DNA of 64,000 nt from assembly GCA_964499705.1 (NCBI GenBank), contig CAZCME010000012.1, positions 1-64,000 on the forward strand, in the 5' to 3' direction. Both the position numbers and the translations under genes were made by a program. Source of the DNA: an uncultured bacterium (lineage in GTDB: Bacteria > UBA8481). Shown in pieces: positions 1-10,285 of the stretch. The notes below the pieces were generated by a model that was not told where the DNA came from, searched no databases, and was given only the letters and a program-made list of their open reading frames with translations. Each line of letters begins with the position of its first letter. The first letter of the stretch is position 1.

Positions 1-754
1 GGGTGAAGACGTGGAACCCCAGGAACCAGCCCTGGCCCTCGATGCCGTAGAACGGTGAGTTCCACTTCACGGCTTTTCGGACGTTCGGCACGTTTAGCAC
101 AATGATCGCGTCGAGGCGCTTGCCGAGCTCGCTCTTCCAACCGGGCATCGCGGCAATGTAGGCCTGGACCGGGGCATCACCGTCACCTTTTGCGATCTGC
201 GGATTGCCTCCCGAGAGGAGGACGACCTTCTTGCCTTTTCGTAAATTGTCAGCCATGGCCTTCCTCTCTCCTGTCTTTGCCTTCGCGACGTCCTTCGTCG
301 GCGCGCCATTCACGGCCACCGCGGCCTTGACGAGCGCCTTGAACGCGGTCGCGTCGATCCGGGTCCCTTCGGGGATGTCGATCGCCCTTCGCGTGTTGCC
401 TTCCAAACTGGAATTGAAGAGGCGCGATGGATCCGGGATCCTCGCTCCCCGGGCGAACGTGAACTTCACGTAGTTCTTGTACGACTCCCCAGTGCAGACG
501 ATCCCGTGGTGCGACCAGACGGGCACGCCCCGCGGATTCGTTGGCTTGATCCATTTGACCTCCTCGGTCATCTTCGGATCAGCTTCCAGGATCAAGGCGC
601 GCATGCGCGCCAGGATCTCCCCGCGTCCTTCTCCCAACTCGCTGATCCGCCGGTCGATCAGCCGGGAAGCGGATGTCCCGATCGCTTGCTCGCGGCCGTC
701 TTTGTCCGCCTTCCTCGCGACCTTCGCCGGTTTCCTGGATTTCTTATCAGCCAT
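1..754 (-). CDS. Tandem DUF1801 (YdhG-like) domain protein, 3' end runs off the window
   Basis: Manual translation from ATG 754: MADKKSRK...EEVKWIKPTNPRGVPVWSHHGIVCTGESYKNYVKFTFARGA...FNSSLEGNTRRAID, then no stop into MADNL...LLSGGNPQIAKGDGDAPVQAYIAAMPGWK...AVKWNSPFYG. Absent from the ORF track because no stop lies in the window. Confidence 0.8.
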   Translation of the reverse strand, partial: MADKKSRKPAKVARKADKDGREQAIGTSASRLIDRRISELGEGRGEILARMRALILEADPKMTEEVKWIKPTNPRGVPVWSHHGIVCTGESYKNYVKFTFARGARIPDPSRLFNSSLEGNTRRAIDIPEGTRIDATAFKALVKAAVAVNGAPTKDVAKAKTGERKAMADNLRKGKKVVLLSGGNPQIAKGDGDAPVQAYIAAMPGWKSELGKRLDAIIVLNVPNVRKAVKWNSPFYGIEGQGWFLGFHVFT

Positions 755-1178
755 TGCGCTCACCCGTCGCTGTTGCTACGCCATGGCCCGCGTTCTTCAT
801 CGAAACATCGCTCGCTTCGCAGGCGAGCTTATGACCGAGACGATACGATCCAAGGAGCAGGATAAGCAGGACGAGGGGGAAGACCACGCTGAAGAGCGTG
901 TCGCCCGTAGCCGCATGAGAAACGGAAGCCGCGAGGAGATTGAACGTGAATCCCGCGTAAGCCCATTCGCGAAGCACCGCGGGCATGTGCTTGCGAGGAG
1001 CCAGTATCGCGACGATTCCGAGAACCTTGGCGACGCCGAGCATCACCGGGAAATATTCGGGATATCCGAGGCGCCGGAATATCTCCATCGCTTCCGGAGG
1101 CTTCATGAGATCGTAGATCCCGCCCGCCCCCATGATCCATGCGATGATCACCGTGCAGATCCAGTATGCCACTTTCAT
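747..1178 (-). CDS. DoxX-like family membrane protein
   Basis: MKVAYWICT...LGYPEYF..LGVAKVLG...LREWAYAGF signature with 4 hydrophobic segments. Start trimmed to ATG 1178. Confidence 0.85.
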   Translation of the reverse strand: MKVAYWICTVIIAWIMGAGGIYDLMKPPEAMEIFRRLGYPEYFPVMLGVAKVLGIVAILAPRKHMPAVLREWAYAGFTFNLLAASVSHAATGDTLFSVVFPLVLLILLLGSYRLGHKLACEASDVSMKNAGHGVATATGERNG

Positions 1179-1219
1179 TTTTTGCCCTCCGTTTTCCAAT
1201 GGTTCATGTTTCGATCGGC

Positions 1220-1660
1220 TCATGGGCGCCTGGCGAGCAATTCGAAAAGCTTCTCGCCCATCATCTTCCATCCGTAGCGCGCGCCGCCATAATTCTGCTT
1301 CTGCGTCGACTTGAAGCCCGAATGCACGAGGACCAAGCGGGTGCCGGACGCGGTGGGCGTAAGGGTGAAGGTCACGACGGTATCCATCTCTCCGACAACC
1401 CACGCATAGCTCAGCTTCTTATGCACGTCGATCTCGATCATCCGGCAGTTCACTACACCGTCCCACCCGGGAAACGGCTGAGTCTTGAACGAGAACGCGG
1501 CTCCCGGTTCGAGCTTCAGGTCGAAGACGGGCAGGAGCCACTCGGCGAGCAGCACGGGATCGGTGAGCGCGTGCCACACTCTCTCCGGCGAATGATGCAG
1601 ATCGAATTCGAAGGCGATGGATTCGGTTTGCGATGGAGCGGTTTTGTCGATGGGATTCAC
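1220..1660 (-). CDS. SRPBCC/AHSA1 (START-like) domain protein
   Basis: SPERVWHALTDPVLLAEW...LSYAW...TVVTFTL..TASGTRLVLVHSGF...GW pattern; overlaps the ArsR stop. Confidence 0.9.
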   Translation of the reverse strand: MNPIDKTAPSQTESIAFEFDLHHSPERVWHALTDPVLLAEWLLPVFDLKLEPGAAFSFKTQPFPGWDGVVNCRMIEIDVHKKLSYAWVVGEMDTVVTFTLTPTASGTRLVLVHSGFKSTQKQNYGGARYGWKMMGEKLFELLARRP

Positions 1661-1983
1661 TGGTCCATTTTCTCCAGCAATCGTTCCAGGCGATCGACGC
1701 GATCCGACCAGAAGACGCGGTAGTGCGCCACCCAGTCGATGAGAGGCTTCATCCCGCGCGGCTTCACCCGGTAGTAGACACAGCGGCCTTCGCGCCGGCT
1801 GTTCACGAGGCCGGCGTCTTTCAAGGCGGCGAGGTGCTGCGAAACCGCGGGCTGAGAGATGTCGAAGCGTGCCGTAAGGCCCTTCACCGCCGCTTCGCCC
1901 CGAGCCAGAGACTCGAAGATCGCCCGGCGGCTGGGGTCGGCCAGCGCATGAAAGATTTTATTTTCGGCCGCGGCAGCGTTCAC
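1657..1983 (-). CDS. ArsR/SmtB family transcriptional regulator
   Basis: IFHALADPSRRAI...ISQPAVSQHLAALKDAGLV..RREGR..YY. Confidence 0.95.
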   Translation of the reverse strand: MNAAAAENKIFHALADPSRRAIFESLARGEAAVKGLTARFDISQPAVSQHLAALKDAGLVNSRREGRCVYYRVKPRGMKPLIDWVAHYRVFWSDRVDRLERLLEKMDQ

Positions 1984-1989
1984 GCACGA

Positions 1990-2018
1990 ATCATAAGCAT
2001 GTGCTTATCTTTTGTCAA
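1990..2018 (-). promoter_or_regulatory. Sigma70 promoter with overlapping palindromic operator (probable ArsR site)
   Basis: Minus strand TTGACA (2018-2013), 17 nt, TATGAT (1995-1990). Palindrome ATAAGCA-TG-TGCTTAT at 1993-2008. The -10 box ends 6 nt before the GTG. Confidence 0.85.
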
Positions 2019-2052
2019 GTGGTCCGAGACGATCTTTTTCCCGGTCCGCCCT

Positions 2053-3147
2053 TTACTTCCTCCCCTTCTCCTGCTGAAGCTCCCTCTGCTCGTCGCGCTC
2101 CAGGTATCCCGCGATGGTCCTGTACATGTCGAAGGGGCCGGGGACACCTTCGAACGACCTCCGGGCCTCCATCCAGGTCCGCTGGCCCGCGTCGAAGAAA
2201 CTGAGGAACAGGAGCGCGAGCATGACGGCGACCGTGATGCCGATGATGATGCGCGCCGTCTCCGGATGGCGACGGATCCTGTGGATCTTCGTCTCGATCG
2301 CGAGGGCGGCTTTTCGCGACGACGGGAGGGCCTCGTAAGCCGCGGCCGCTTCCGCGTGCGCGCGGGATTTCCGGCCGGTGGAGATCAGGAATTCCAGGAT
2401 CCGGGCCAGTCTCGTCATGTCGACGGGTTTCCGGAGACATCCCGCGGTCGAGGAGACAAGCCCCTGCCGCATTTCACTCTCGGTCGCTTCTCCCGTCATG
2501 AAGACGATGGGCAGAAAGGGATCGCGCATCCGCACGGCCTCCGCGGCCATCAATCCGTCGCCGCCGGGCATGTGGATGTCCAGCAGGAGCGCGTCGAATT
2601 TATTCTCCGTGGCGCTCATCGCCACTTCCACGCCGCTCGAAACTTCATCCACTTCGAATCCGTCGAGCCTCAATCGCCGCGCGACCGCGACGCGGTACGA
2701 CTCATGATCGTCGGCGACGAGGATCCTGCCGCGCCAGCCCCCATGTTCCCCGGCCGCGACGGCCTCCTGCACGGCCTGCCCCGCGTCCGCGTTCGCGACC
2801 AGTTGTTCGATGTCCTCCGCCGTGAACGGCTTGGGCAGAAAACCAGTTGCTCCGGCGGCGCGGCAGGCTTCCGCGGTGGAATCGGTGCCCATCGCGGAGA
2901 TCGCGATCACGGGGACCCAGGAGTCGATCCGCCTGAACTGGACAAGCGTCTCCAGGCCGTTCATTCCCGGCATCCAGAGATCGAGGATGACGAGATCGAA
3001 TCGACCCGGCTCCGCCAGCGCAATCGCCTCCTCGCCGGTCGCGGCGGTATCGACATCGAAGCCACGGGCGCCCAGGAGTCTCGCCAGCGCCGCCCGCATC
3101 GGCGCTTCATCGTCGACGACGAGCGCGCGCAATTTCATTCCGGTCAT
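2053..3147 (-). CDS. Double-receiver (REC-REC) protein with C-terminal transmembrane helix
   Basis: LVVDDE...LDLWMPGMNG...KPF and LVADDH...LDIHMPGGDG...KPV, then hydrophobic IIIGITVAVMLALLFLSFF. No DNA-binding domain seen. Confidence 0.85.
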   Translation of the reverse strand: MTGMKLRALVVDDEAPMRAALARLLGARGFDVDTAATGEEAIALAEPGRFDLVILDLWMPGMNGLETLVQFRRIDSWVPVIAISAMGTDSTAEACRAAGATGFLPKPFTAEDIEQLVANADAGQAVQEAVAAGEHGGWRGRILVADDHESYRVAVARRLRLDGFEVDEVSSGVEVAMSATENKFDALLLDIHMPGGDGLMAAEAVRMRDPFLPIVFMTGEATESEMRQGLVSSTAGCLRKPVDMTRLARILEFLISTGRKSRAHAEAAAAYEALPSSRKAALAIETKIHRIRRHPETARIIIGITVAVMLALLFLSFFDAGQRTWMEARRSFEGVPGPFDMYRTIAGYLERDEQRELQQEKGRK

Positions 3148-3383
3148 GATTTCGCCTCCTGATTCGCGGAGTCCACGGCCGCCCTGATTCCGGAGATCGC
3201 ATCCCGCAGCCGGCGCGCCTCCGACAGGGCGTCGATCGCCGCTTCCTGGGCGATCCCCGATGAATATTCGGGGCTCGCGGAGATTTCGAGATTGAGGATG
3301 ATCGATCCCAGCGAATTCCTGAGATCGTGCACGAGGATGTCGATCCGGTCGCGCGACCGTACATCCTGATACCGGCTATCCAT
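3144..3383 (-). CDS. Stand-alone HisKA/DHp-like 79-aa protein
   Basis: H-box LVHDLRNSLGSI followed by a second amphipathic helix; no ATPase domain; overlaps both neighbouring genes. Confidence 0.7.
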   Translation of the reverse strand: MDSRYQDVRSRDRIDILVHDLRNSLGSIILNLEISASPEYSSGIAQEAAIDALSEARRLRDAISGIRAAVDSANQEAKS

Positions 3384-5892
3384 GAATCGCCTCCTGAATC
3401 TTCTCCGTCAGTTCCGCCACCGTGAAAGGTTTCTGGAGAAACGGCGTTCCCGCGCTGAGCAGCCCGTTCTCGCCCATGCCCATCTCCGTATGACCTGACA
3501 TATATATGACCTTGATATTCCGATACCGGCTCTCCAGGATCGCGTAAAGCTCCGGCCCGGTCATTCCCGGCATGACGACATCCGTCAGGACGAGATGGAT
3601 CGGGTCCTTCGTCCCGTCGAAGAACCGGATCGCCTCCTCGCCGCTGGCGGCCTCCAACACGACGTATCCGGCACGACCGAGAATGCGGCGCGCCACGGCG
3701 CGCAACGGAGCCTGGTCTTCCACCAGGAGAATCGTCTTCTGTCCGCCCGAAAGGCCGACCGGAGCAACGGGCGGGATCTTCCTCGGCGCCGGAGCCTCCA
3801 TCACGATCGGGAGATACACCTTGAAGGTCGTTCCGATCGCCGGTTCGCTGTAGACCCAGATATTTCCCCGGCTCTGCTTTACGATGCCGTACACTGTCGC
3901 CAGTCCCAACCCCGTCCCCTTGCCGCGTTCCTTCGTCGTGAAGAACGGTTCGAAGATCCGCTCCCTCGTCGACGCATCCATCCCATCGCCCGTATCGGTC
4001 ATGGTGAGGCAGACATACTGGCCGGGGATGACGGCCATGTGCGTCGCCGCGTAGGATTCGTCCAGGTCCGCGAACGAGGTCTCGATAATGAGCGTTCCGC
4101 CCCGGGGCATGGCATCGCGGGCGTTCACGGCAAGATTCATGATCACCTGCTGGATCTGTCCCGGATCAACCTTCACGGAAGCGACGGCCTTCGACAGCTG
4201 CGTCTTCACGGCGATCGTCTCCGGAAGGATCCTCACGAGAAGCCGTTCCATGTTCCGGACGGCCTCGTTCAGGTCGATCACTTCGACGACGAATGTCTGG
4301 CGGCGGCCGAATGCAAGAAGCTGCCGCGTCAACTCCGCGGACCGGTCCGCGGCCGTGATGATCTCCTCGACGCTCGATTTATGCGCCGCGTCCCGAAGAT
4401 CCGCCAGGAGCATCTCCGCGCTGCCGCGTATGACGGAGAGATAATTGTTGAAGTCATGGGCAACGCCTCCGGCAAGCTTCCCGAGCGCGTCCATCTTCTG
4501 CGACTGAAGCAATTGCTCCTGGATTTTCGCAAGCGATTCAGCGGAGCGACGTCTCTCGGTGATGTCCCGGAAGATCGCGACCGCGTAGGCGACGGTGCCG
4601 TCGGCGGCATGGATCGGAGCGGCCGACACTTCCAGATCGATCGTCCTGCCGGGTCTTCGGATCTGCATGTCCGAGACGCTCGATTCCTCGCCGGCCAGCG
4701 CCTTCACGATCGGCAGGTCGGAGGAGGAATACAGCCGGTCCGAATCGGTCACGTAGGCGCGATACGTTTCGGCCAGGGTCGTGAAATCCGTGACCTGCAT
4801 GATTCCACCGCCGAGAAGTTCCACGGCAAGCGGATTCGAGTAGAAGGCCTTCCCGTCCCTGTCGAGGACATAAACGGCGACGGGAAGGCAGTCGAGGAGC
4901 TGGATCATCTGCTTCTCGCCGGCCGCGTGTTCCTCAAATTCGCGCCGCTGTTGCGTCACGTCCCGGGCGATCCCGAGGCCCACCCGCTCCGCGCCGATAT
5001 CCACCGTGGAGATCGACATGTCCACGAATCGTATGGAGCCGTCGCTTCTCCGGAGGCAGTGGCTCTTCACCTCGCCCGCCCCCTTCCGCAGGATCTCCAG
5101 CAGAGCCTCTTCCGCCGGACCGCCGCTCGATGACGGCACGAAATCCTGGTAGCGGCTTCCAAGAATCTCCGCCTTGAGGCAACCGAGCAAATCCTCCGTC
5201 TTCCGATTCGCCTCCAGGATTCTCCCCTTCAGATCCAGTACGAAGATCGCATCGCTCGCGTTCTCCACGAGGATGCGATACTTGTCCTCGCTCAGCTTCA
5301 CCCGCGCCTCCAGCGCCCTGGCATACCGCTCCACTTCCCCCTTGGCCGCCGCAAGCGCGGACTGGCTCTCCCGCAGATCCTCGCTCCGCCGCACCGCTTC
5401 CTCGAAGGAGGAAATGAGGAGCCCCAGGATCTGCTGCCGGTCCTGGTTGATCGTCACAGTCCTGCCGAGCAGCCGGAAGACAAGGCTGGGCGCCTTGGCC
5501 TGCGACATTGCCGTCCTGTTCGCGAGAACATTCCGGACGCGCAACAGGAGCTGATCCGGCTTGAACGGCTTGGGTATGAAGTTGTCGGCACCACAGGCCA
5601 GTCCCTGCATGATGTCTTCCGGATCGGAGAGCGTCGTCATGAGAATGACGGGAATATTCTTGCCGACCGGATCGGCCTTGATCCGACGGCACAGTTCGTA
5701 TCCCGTCATGCCGGGCATGACGATATCGGTCATGACCAGCACGTATGCTCCGGATTTGAACTTGTCGTGCGCCGATATTCCATCCCTGGCGATATCGACC
5801 GAGAACCCCTCGGATTCGAGGATCATCCGGAGATCGGCGGCCTGCGTGGGACTGTCCTCCGCGAGGAGAATAGGCGGCGACAGAAGGCTCAT
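3376..5892 (-). CDS. Hybrid sensor histidine kinase (REC-PAS-PAS-HisKA-HATPase-REC)
   Basis: ILLAEDSPT...TDIVMPG; two PAS domains ending RDVT and RDITERR; H-box GGVAHDFNN; NLAVNARDAM, DTGDGM, FFTTK, GTGLGL; C-terminal REC. Start 5892 overlaps the cheB stop (ATGA). Confidence 0.93.
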   Translation of the reverse strand: MSLLSPPILLAEDSPTQAADLRMILESEGFSVDIARDGISAHDKFKSGAYVLVMTDIVMPGMTGYELCRRIKADPVGKNIPVILMTTLSDPEDIMQGLACGADNFIPKPFKPDQLLLRVRNVLANRTAMSQAKAPSLVFRLLGRTVTINQDRQQILGLLISSFEEAVRRSEDLRESQSALAAAKGEVERYARALEARVKLSEDKYRILVENASDAIFVLDLKGRILEANRKTEDLLGCLKAEILGSRYQDFVPSSSGGPAEEALLEILRKGAGEVKSHCLRRSDGSIRFVDMSISTVDIGAERVGLGIARDVTQQRREFEEHAAGEKQMIQLLDCLPVAVYVLDRDGKAFYSNPLAVELLGGGIMQVTDFTTLAETYRAYVTDSDRLYSSSDLPIVKALAGEESSVSDMQIRRPGRTIDLEVSAAPIHAADGTVAYAVAIFRDITERRRSAESLAKIQEQLLQSQKMDALGKLAGGVAHDFNNYLSVIRGSAEMLLADLRDAAHKSSVEEIITAADRSAELTRQLLAFGRRQTFVVEVIDLNEAVRNMERLLVRILPETIAVKTQLSKAVASVKVDPGQIQQVIMNLAVNARDAMPRGGTLIIETSFADLDESYAATHMAVIPGQYVCLTMTDTGDGMDASTRERIFEPFFTTKERGKGTGLGLATVYGIVKQSRGNIWVYSEPAIGTTFKVYLPIVMEAPAPRKIPPVAPVGLSGGQKTILLVEDQAPLRAVARRILGRAGYVVLEAASGEEAIRFFDGTKDPIHLVLTDVVMPGMTGPELYAILESRYRNIKVIYMSGHTEMGMGENGLLSAGTPFLQKPFTVAELTEKIQEAIHG

Positions 5893-6956
5893 GATCGAGA
5901 TGCCGCCCGGCACTGCGGCCGCGCCGCGGGAATGAGCAGCTCCCCGATGGCGCGCGGGGAAGCCTGGCCCATGGCCGCGCCGCTGCGAACCGCTTCGCCG
6001 GGCATTCCCCAAATGAGCGAAGTCTCCTCGCTCTGAGCGATCGTCCGTGCGCCGGCTTCGCGCATGCGCGCAAGCCCGCGCGCTCCGTCCGATCCCATTC
6101 CGGTCAACACTACGCCCAATGCCCGATCGCCCATCACGTCCGCCAGGGAATCGAAAAGGCGGTCAGCGGAAGGAACGTGGTATTCGCCGTCCCGCGCGGG
6201 AGCGAAAGCGATCTGTCCGTCATAGTCGAGGATCATGTGCGCTCCTTGCCGGGCCAGTGTCACGCCGGGGTGCAGCGGAGCACGCGGCTGCGCCAGCCGG
6301 ATCGGAAGCTGAATATGCTCGCCCAGCCACGCGCAGAAGCCGACTTCGAACCCCGCGGAGATATGCTGCACGAGCAGAAGAGGGATCTCGAAATCGGGGG
6401 GAAGCGCGCCCAGAAGTTCGGCCAGGGCCGGCGGACCTCCGGTCGAGGAGGCGATGCCGACAACCTCGATGGGGCGACCGTTATTCAAAAGAGCTCGAAG
6501 CGCCACATCATCACCCGCTTTTCTCGATTGTGCCGGGAGACGGCGGCGAATGCGGATGCCGGAGAGTTCCCTCACCGTTCGACGCAGGTTGCCTCCCATG
6601 GCATGGAGATGAGCGATCGCGGGGCCGGCAGGTTTCTCCAGCGCGACCAGCGCGCCGGCCGCGAGACATTCCACCGCGAGATTTCTCCCCTCCTTCACGA
6701 ATTTCTCCGAGATGACGACGATGGGAACTCCCCGCTCCGCGAGAATGGCCAGCGTCATACCGGCGCCGTCAAGTTCCGGCATCCACGCGTCCGTGACAAT
6801 CACCTCAGGCGCATGCGAACGCGCCTGCGCCACGCCCTCCATGCCGTTCCGGGCCTCCGACACGACCTGGATATCGTGCTCCTCCTCCAGGATCCTCCGC
6901 AGAATCTCACGCTGGGTCACGGAATCCTCCACCAGCAGAACGCGGATCGGATTCAC
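5889..6956 (-). CDS. cheB: Chemotaxis methylesterase CheB
   Basis: N-terminal REC; catalytic motifs ASSTGGP, VQHI, LTGMGSDG. Confidence 0.95.
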   Translation of the reverse strand: MNPIRVLLVEDSVTQREILRRILEEEHDIQVVSEARNGMEGVAQARSHAPEVIVTDAWMPELDGAGMTLAILAERGVPIVVISEKFVKEGRNLAVECLAAGALVALEKPAGPAIAHLHAMGGNLRRTVRELSGIRIRRRLPAQSRKAGDDVALRALLNNGRPIEVVGIASSTGGPPALAELLGALPPDFEIPLLLVQHISAGFEVGFCAWLGEHIQLPIRLAQPRAPLHPGVTLARQGAHMILDYDGQIAFAPARDGEYHVPSADRLFDSLADVMGDRALGVVLTGMGSDGARGLARMREAGARTIAQSEETSLIWGMPGEAVRSGAAMGQASPRAIGELLIPAARPQCRAASRS

Positions 6957-8827
6957 GACAGCCGCCGTACCGCGGCCAGCAATCCCTCCGATTCGAACGA
7001 ACTTTTCACGATATACGCGTCGGCTCCGGCATCCAGCCCCTTCCTGCGGTCGTCTTCCGATTCCCTGGCCGTCACGAGAACGACGGGAATGCGTCCCCGG
7101 CTCGCGGACTTCACCGCGCGCGTCAATTCGTAGCCGTCCATGAGCGGCATCTCGATGTCGGAGACGACGATCTCCGCGCCGGAACTGCGGAGCATCCGGC
7201 TGGCTTCCATTCCGTCCCCGGCAGTCGCGACGTCGTATCCCGCGGCGACGAGAACTCCCCGCAGCAGCGTCCGCGTCGTCGCGGAATCATCGGCAACGAG
7301 AATCTTCTTCCGCAGCGCCGACTGCGGTCGCGGAACCGTTCGCGCGCGGAGCGCCCTCTCGACAAGCTCCACCGGATGAACGACCAGGACGATCGAACCT
7401 TCTTCCGTCAGGGCCGCTCCCGAATACGGCGACAGCCCCGCGATGGGAAAACCGAGATCGCGCAATAGTACTTCCGATTCTCCGACCACCTCATCGACGC
7501 GAAGGGCGACGGAGCGACCGCTTGCGCCGAGCAGCAGGTAATCACGGCCGGGATAATTCAGAACCGCGCGATCGTCGAGCGCCTGGCCGAGATCGACGAC
7601 GCGGATGGTCTGCTCCGATCGGACGACCACGGCGACGCCGTCCACGATCCGCACGTCGCGCTCGGTCATCCTGCATACTTCCTTCACATCGCCGCTCGGA
7701 ATTCCGAAGAGTCCGCCCGAGGCTCTGACGACGAGCACGTGGAGGATCTGGAGGTGAACGGGAAGTTCCAGGAGAAATATTGTCCCGGAAGGGCCCGTCG
7801 AAAGGAGCCTCGCCTCGCCGCGGGCGGCGCGGAGGCGGGAGCGGACGATTTCGAGCCCGACACCTCGCCCGGAGATCGAATCGATCGCGACCGTCGTGCT
7901 GATGGACGGCCGGAAGACAAGATCCAGGAGCTGATCCTGCGCGAGAGACTCCAGTTCCCTTTCCGTCAGGAGGCCCGCATCCCGCACGGATATTTTCAGA
8001 AGCGACACATCGACGCCACGCCCGTCATCCTCGATCATGATCCTGCAGCGATTTCCCATTCTCTCCGCTGAAATACGGATCAACGCTTCGTCTTTTTTCC
8101 CCTGCAGCAGGCGTTCCTCCGGAGATTCGATGCCATGCGCGAGAGCGTTACGGACGAGATGCAGCAGCGGCTCACGGAGCGCGTCGATCGCGGCGCGATC
8201 GAGAGCGACGTCGCCGCCTTCGAGGGTGAACGCGACGTGAAGGCCGCGCTCCGAAGCGATCTCGCGGATGGTTCGCTCCAGGGAAAGAGCCAGCGTGGCC
8301 AGTGGGAGAAGCCGCGCTGAGCGGAGCTCGCGGTCGAGCTGCTCCAGGAGAATATCCTCCTCGGCCAACCGCCGCGCGCGCTCGGGATACGCGGCGCGAT
8401 CGGGCTTCTCGCGGCCGATCCGGAGGGAACTGACCAGGCGCATCATCCGATCGAACCGCTCCGACTCGACGCGCAGAACCTCGGCGGGCTCCAGGCCGGG
8501 ATTTGCTGTATCCCCCGCGTGCTCGGATTTTTTCTCCCGATCGCAACATCGCCGCATCTCGTCGATCCGCTCCAGCAATTCGCGCAGGCAGGTAACGGCC
8601 TCGCCTTTCCGCGCCGGAGCCATCATTTCCTCGAACGCATGGCAAATGTTCTCGACGGCCGAATGACCCACGACCCGGGCGGCGCCCTTCAGGGTATGCG
8701 CGCGGCGCAGGCATTCCTCGATGACGGACCGATCGCCCTTCTCGAACTGCAGCAGGCAGCGTTCCATCGTATCGAGATGATCGTGCGCCTCATCCTGAAA
8801 GAGCGCGAGCAGGCGAGGATCGGTCAT
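6953..8827 (-). CDS. cheA: CheA-like kinase with CheW and C-terminal REC domains
   Basis: Hpt RAHTLKGAA; PLLHLVRNALAHGIE; DDGRG; SGRGVGL; CheW domain; REC ILVADDS...SDIEMP. Confidence 0.95.
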   Translation of the reverse strand: MTDPRLLALFQDEAHDHLDTMERCLLQFEKGDRSVIEECLRRAHTLKGAARVVGHSAVENICHAFEEMMAPARKGEAVTCLRELLERIDEMRRCCDREKKSEHAGDTANPGLEPAEVLRVESERFDRMMRLVSSLRIGREKPDRAAYPERARRLAEEDILLEQLDRELRSARLLPLATLALSLERTIREIASERGLHVAFTLEGGDVALDRAAIDALREPLLHLVRNALAHGIESPEERLLQGKKDEALIRISAERMGNRCRIMIEDDGRGVDVSLLKISVRDAGLLTERELESLAQDQLLDLVFRPSISTTVAIDSISGRGVGLEIVRSRLRAARGEARLLSTGPSGTIFLLELPVHLQILHVLVVRASGGLFGIPSGDVKEVCRMTERDVRIVDGVAVVVRSEQTIRVVDLGQALDDRAVLNYPGRDYLLLGASGRSVALRVDEVVGESEVLLRDLGFPIAGLSPYSGAALTEEGSIVLVVHPVELVERALRARTVPRPQSALRKKILVADDSATTRTLLRGVLVAAGYDVATAGDGMEASRMLRSSGAEIVVSDIEMPLMDGYELTRAVKSASRGRIPVVLVTARESEDDRRKGLDAGADAYIVKSSFESEGLLAAVRRLS

Positions 8828-10285
8828 TCAGGCCCCGAGAGGCGCACCTAGCGAGCGGACGTGCGACTCGATCTGCCGGATCGCGGAGAGCGTCTGGCGG
8901 GCGGCGGAGAGCGACTGCTTCATCGCCGCGTCCGTCTCCGTCATCGCGGTCGAGACCTGGTCGATTCCGACCTCCTGCTGCCGCGACGCGGCGGCGACCT
9001 GCATCACCTGCCGGGCGATCTCGTCGTTCATCCGCTCCACTTCTCGGAACGACTCGACGACCTTGTCCATGGCCGTCGCCGCCTCGCTGGCCGCGCGACC
9101 GCCCTCCTCCGTCTCCTTCACGGACGCTTCCGTCGCCTTCTCGATCTCGGAGATGAGGCTCTGCACCCTGCCGGCCGATTCCTTCGACTGCCCCGCGAGG
9201 TCGCGAATCTGTGTCGCGACGACCGCGAAGCCGCGGCCGTCCTCACCGGCCTTGGCGGCCTCGATGGACGCGTTCAGCGCGAGAATCTTCGTCTGCTCCG
9301 CGATCTCGTTCATGATGACGACGATCTCGCCGATCTTGCGGATCCGTGTCGAAAGATCCTGGACGGTATCGCCCATCCTCTCGACGCGCTTCCGGTTCTC
9401 GATCACTTTCCACGAACCTTCCTCCGTCCGCGACCGTCCGTCCTGCGTCGATTTCGTCCCGAGATCGGCCGCGTCGCCGACGGCCTTGGCCCGATCCGCC
9501 GTCGAGCGGCTCGTCTCGCGCAGTTCCGCGAGCGTCGCGGTGGTCTCGTTGATCGCCGCGGCCTGTTCCTCGGTGGAGGAGACCTGTTCCTGCGCCGCGG
9601 CCTGGATCTCCGCCACGGCCGAGGCGACCTCCCTGGCGGTGGAGAGGAGCAGACCGGCGATCTGGCGATAGATGAAAATTCCGCCAACGGCTCCGACCAG
9701 GATGCTGAGGAGCGAAATGGCGAGAAGAAGCTGGTAGGCGCCCTGGCTGGCGGACGTCATGGCGGAGGTCGCGTCATCGAGCTGCTTCTGGGCGAAATCG
9801 ACGATGTCGGTGGTGATCCTCGCCAGTTCCGCGTCCTTGCCGTGCGCTTCGCGAACGCGGAGATCAACGGCCCCGGCGAAGTCCTTCTCCTTGATTTTCT
9901 GCACGGTGCGATGCCGCAGGTCCCTGCGATCCTTCAGGGCACTGCGCAGTTCCCGCAGAACTTCCGGACGAACCATGACCTTCGCGAGCTTCTCGATTTC
10001 TCCGTCGATCTCACTCGCCGTTTCCGCGATCCTTGTCTCCAACGCGGCGGCTTCGACGGTCCTGCCGCTCTGATACAGGTGGATCAGATCCGCGGCGTTG
10101 GCGGAATTCAGGGTCGTCAGGTACCGCACCTTCGCCGCCAGTTCCATGCTGCGCACGATCCGGAATTCGATCTCCGTCGCATTCGTCGACGCGATGCCGA
10201 GATTCGACACGCCCACGTACGCCACGATGAGCGTCAGCGCAACCAGCGAAAGCAGGAGCATGAGGACGCGGTTCTGGATCGTCAT
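8828..10285 (-). CDS. Methyl-accepting chemotaxis protein
   Basis: TM, helical periplasmic domain, [32 protein letters not shown]. Start at MTIQNRV. Confidence 0.95.
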   Translation of the reverse strand: MTIQNRVLMLLLSLVALTLIVAYVGVSNLGIASTNATEIEFRIVRSMELAAKVRYLTTLNSANAADLIHLYQSGRTVEAAALETRIAETASEIDGEIEKLAKVMVRPEVLRELRSALKDRRDLRHRTVQKIKEKDFAGAVDLRVREAHGKDAELARITTDIVDFAQKQLDDATSAMTSASQGAYQLLLAISLLSILVGAVGGIFIYRQIAGLLLSTAREVASAVAEIQAAAQEQVSSTEEQAAAINETTATLAELRETSRSTADRAKAVGDAADLGTKSTQDGRSRTEEGSWKVIENRKRVERMGDTVQDLSTRIRKIGEIVVIMNEIAEQTKILALNASIEAAKAGEDGRGFAVVATQIRDLAGQSKESAGRVQSLISEIEKATEASVKETEEGGRAASEAATAMDKVVESFREVERMNDEIARQVMQVAAASRQQEVGIDQVSTAMTETDAAMKQSLSAARQTLSAIRQIESHVRSLGAPLGA

